NCBI RefSeq assembly: GCF_963921235.1
Contig: NC_086097.1
Coordinates: 118,174,001 to 118,238,000, forward strand
Direction: 5' to 3'
Length of the DNA: 64,000 nt
Source: Mobula hypostoma
Lineage: Eukaryota
The notes beneath the pieces were generated by a model. It did not search any database and was not told the origin of the DNA. It was given only the letters and a program-made list of their open reading frames with translations. How positions within the stretch are numbered: the stretch's first letter is position 1; every line of letters starts with the position of its first letter. This document shows, one piece after another, positions 62,771 through 64,000 of the stretch. Position numbers and translations under genes: made by a program.

Positions 62771-62902
62771 GCAACACACATCAAAATTGCTGGTGAACGC
62801 AGCCGGCCAGGCAGCATTTCTAGGAAGAGGTACAGTCGACGTTTCAGGCCGAGACCCTTCATCAGGACTAACTGAAGGAAGAGTTAGTAAGAGATTTGAA
62901 AA
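62771..62902 (-). mobile_element. 132-bp Penelope pseudo-LTR fragment with an intact hammerhead (62834-62869)
   Basis: Minus strand agtc-CTGATGA-agggtctcggcct-GAAAC-GTC-gact; TSD AAAAGGTATCTG (62759-62770 / 62903-62914). Confidence 0.85.
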
Positions 62903-62933
62903 AAAAGGTATCTGTTATGCTTTGTAACTTCAA

Positions 62934-64000
62934 AACAGTAGTAGTGAGGTCGGAGATGGTATTAAACAGGAAATTAGAAAAGTGTGCAATAAAGGAACAG
63001 CAGTTATAATGGGTGACTTCAATCTACATGTAGACTGGGTGAACCAAATTGGTAAAGGTGCTGAGGAAGAGGATTTCTTGGAATGTATGCGGGATGGTTT
63101 TTTGAACCAACATGTCGAGGAACCGACTAGAGAGCAGGCTATTCTGGACTGGGTTTTGAGCAATGAGGAAGGGTTAATTAGCGATCTTGTCGTGAGAGGC
63201 CCCTTGGGTAAGAGTGACCATAATATGGTGGAATTCTTCATTAACATGGAGAGTGACGTAGTTAATTCAGAAACAAAGGTTCTGAACTTAAAGAGGGGTA
63301 ACTTTGAAGGTATGAGACATGAATTAGCTAAGATAGACTGGCAAATGACACTTCAAGGATTGACGGTGGATATGCAATGGCAGGCATTTAAAGGTTGCAT
63401 GGATGAACTACAACAATTGTTCATCCCAGTTTGGCAAAAGAATAAATCAAGGAAGGTAGTGCACCCGTGGCTGACAAGAGAAATTAGGGATAGTATCAAT
63501 TCCAAAGAAGTAGCATACAAATTAGCCAGAGAAAGTGGCTCACCTGAGGACTGGGAGAAATTCAGAGTTCAGCAGAGGAGGACAAAGGGCTTAATTAGGA
63601 AGGGGAAAAAAGATTATGAGAGAAAACTGGCAGAGAACATAAAAACGGACTGTAAAAGCTTTTATAGATATGTAAAAAGGAAAAGACTGATAAAGACAAA
63701 TGTAGGTCCCCTGCAAACAGAAACAGGTGAATTGATTATGGGGAGCAAGGACATGGCAGACCAATTGAATAATTACTTTGGTTCTGTCTTCACTAAGGAG
63801 GACATAAATAATCTTCCAGAAATAGTAAGGGACAGAGGGTCCAGTGAGATGGAGGAACTGAGCGAAATACATGTTAGTAGGGAAGTGGTGTTAGGTAAAT
63901 TGAAGGGATTGAAGGCAGATAAATCCCCAGGGCCAGATGGTCTGCATCCCAGAGTGCTTAAGGAAGTGGCCCAAGAAATAGTGGATGCATTAGTGATAAT
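62934..64000 (+). mobile_element. 5'-truncated young CR1 ORF2 running off the window
   Basis: Frame NSSSEVGDGIKQEI..IMGDFNLHVDW..LGKSDHNM..KSPGPDGLHPRVLKEVA with no stop seen. Confidence 0.9.

Noticed and set aside
1..64000. CRISPR arrays, operons, rRNA or true tRNA genes
   Set aside because: No regularly spaced repeat-spacer array; the tRNA-like boxes belong to SINE heads; the sequence is eukaryotic repeat-rich DNA.

Overview
Vertebrate nuclear DNA, most likely from a cartilaginous fish (ray/shark-type CR1, V-SINE and Penelope repeat content; this taxonomy is an inference). The window is almost entirely transposable elements and no complete host gene is visible. Main items: (1) A degraded endogenous retrovirus (780-8334) whose 3' LTR is interrupted by a 4.1-kb non-autonomous Gypsy-type LTR element (4085-8180, minus strand). 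In that element most of RNase H and all of integrase are replaced by about 630 bp of intronless myosin heavy-chain rod sequence (MYH16-like), joined in frame to RT/RNase H remnants. This is the most novel signal. (2) Several Penelope-like (GIY-YIG) elements with inverted pseudo-LTRs and 12-13 bp TSDs. They carry minimal type I hammerhead ribozyme motifs, and include a 531-bp-arm fold-back copy and a 132-bp ribozyme-only insertion. (3) A candidate 12-nt neural-type microexon (44411-44422, +) in non-repetitive sequence, suggesting the window lies in a large host intron. (4) A 16-kb nest of insertions (45561-61500) inside a small TA-flanked TIR element, containing CR1, Rex1/Babar, Gypsy, SINE and Penelope copies. 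All protein similarities were judged by eye from memory; no database searches were run.
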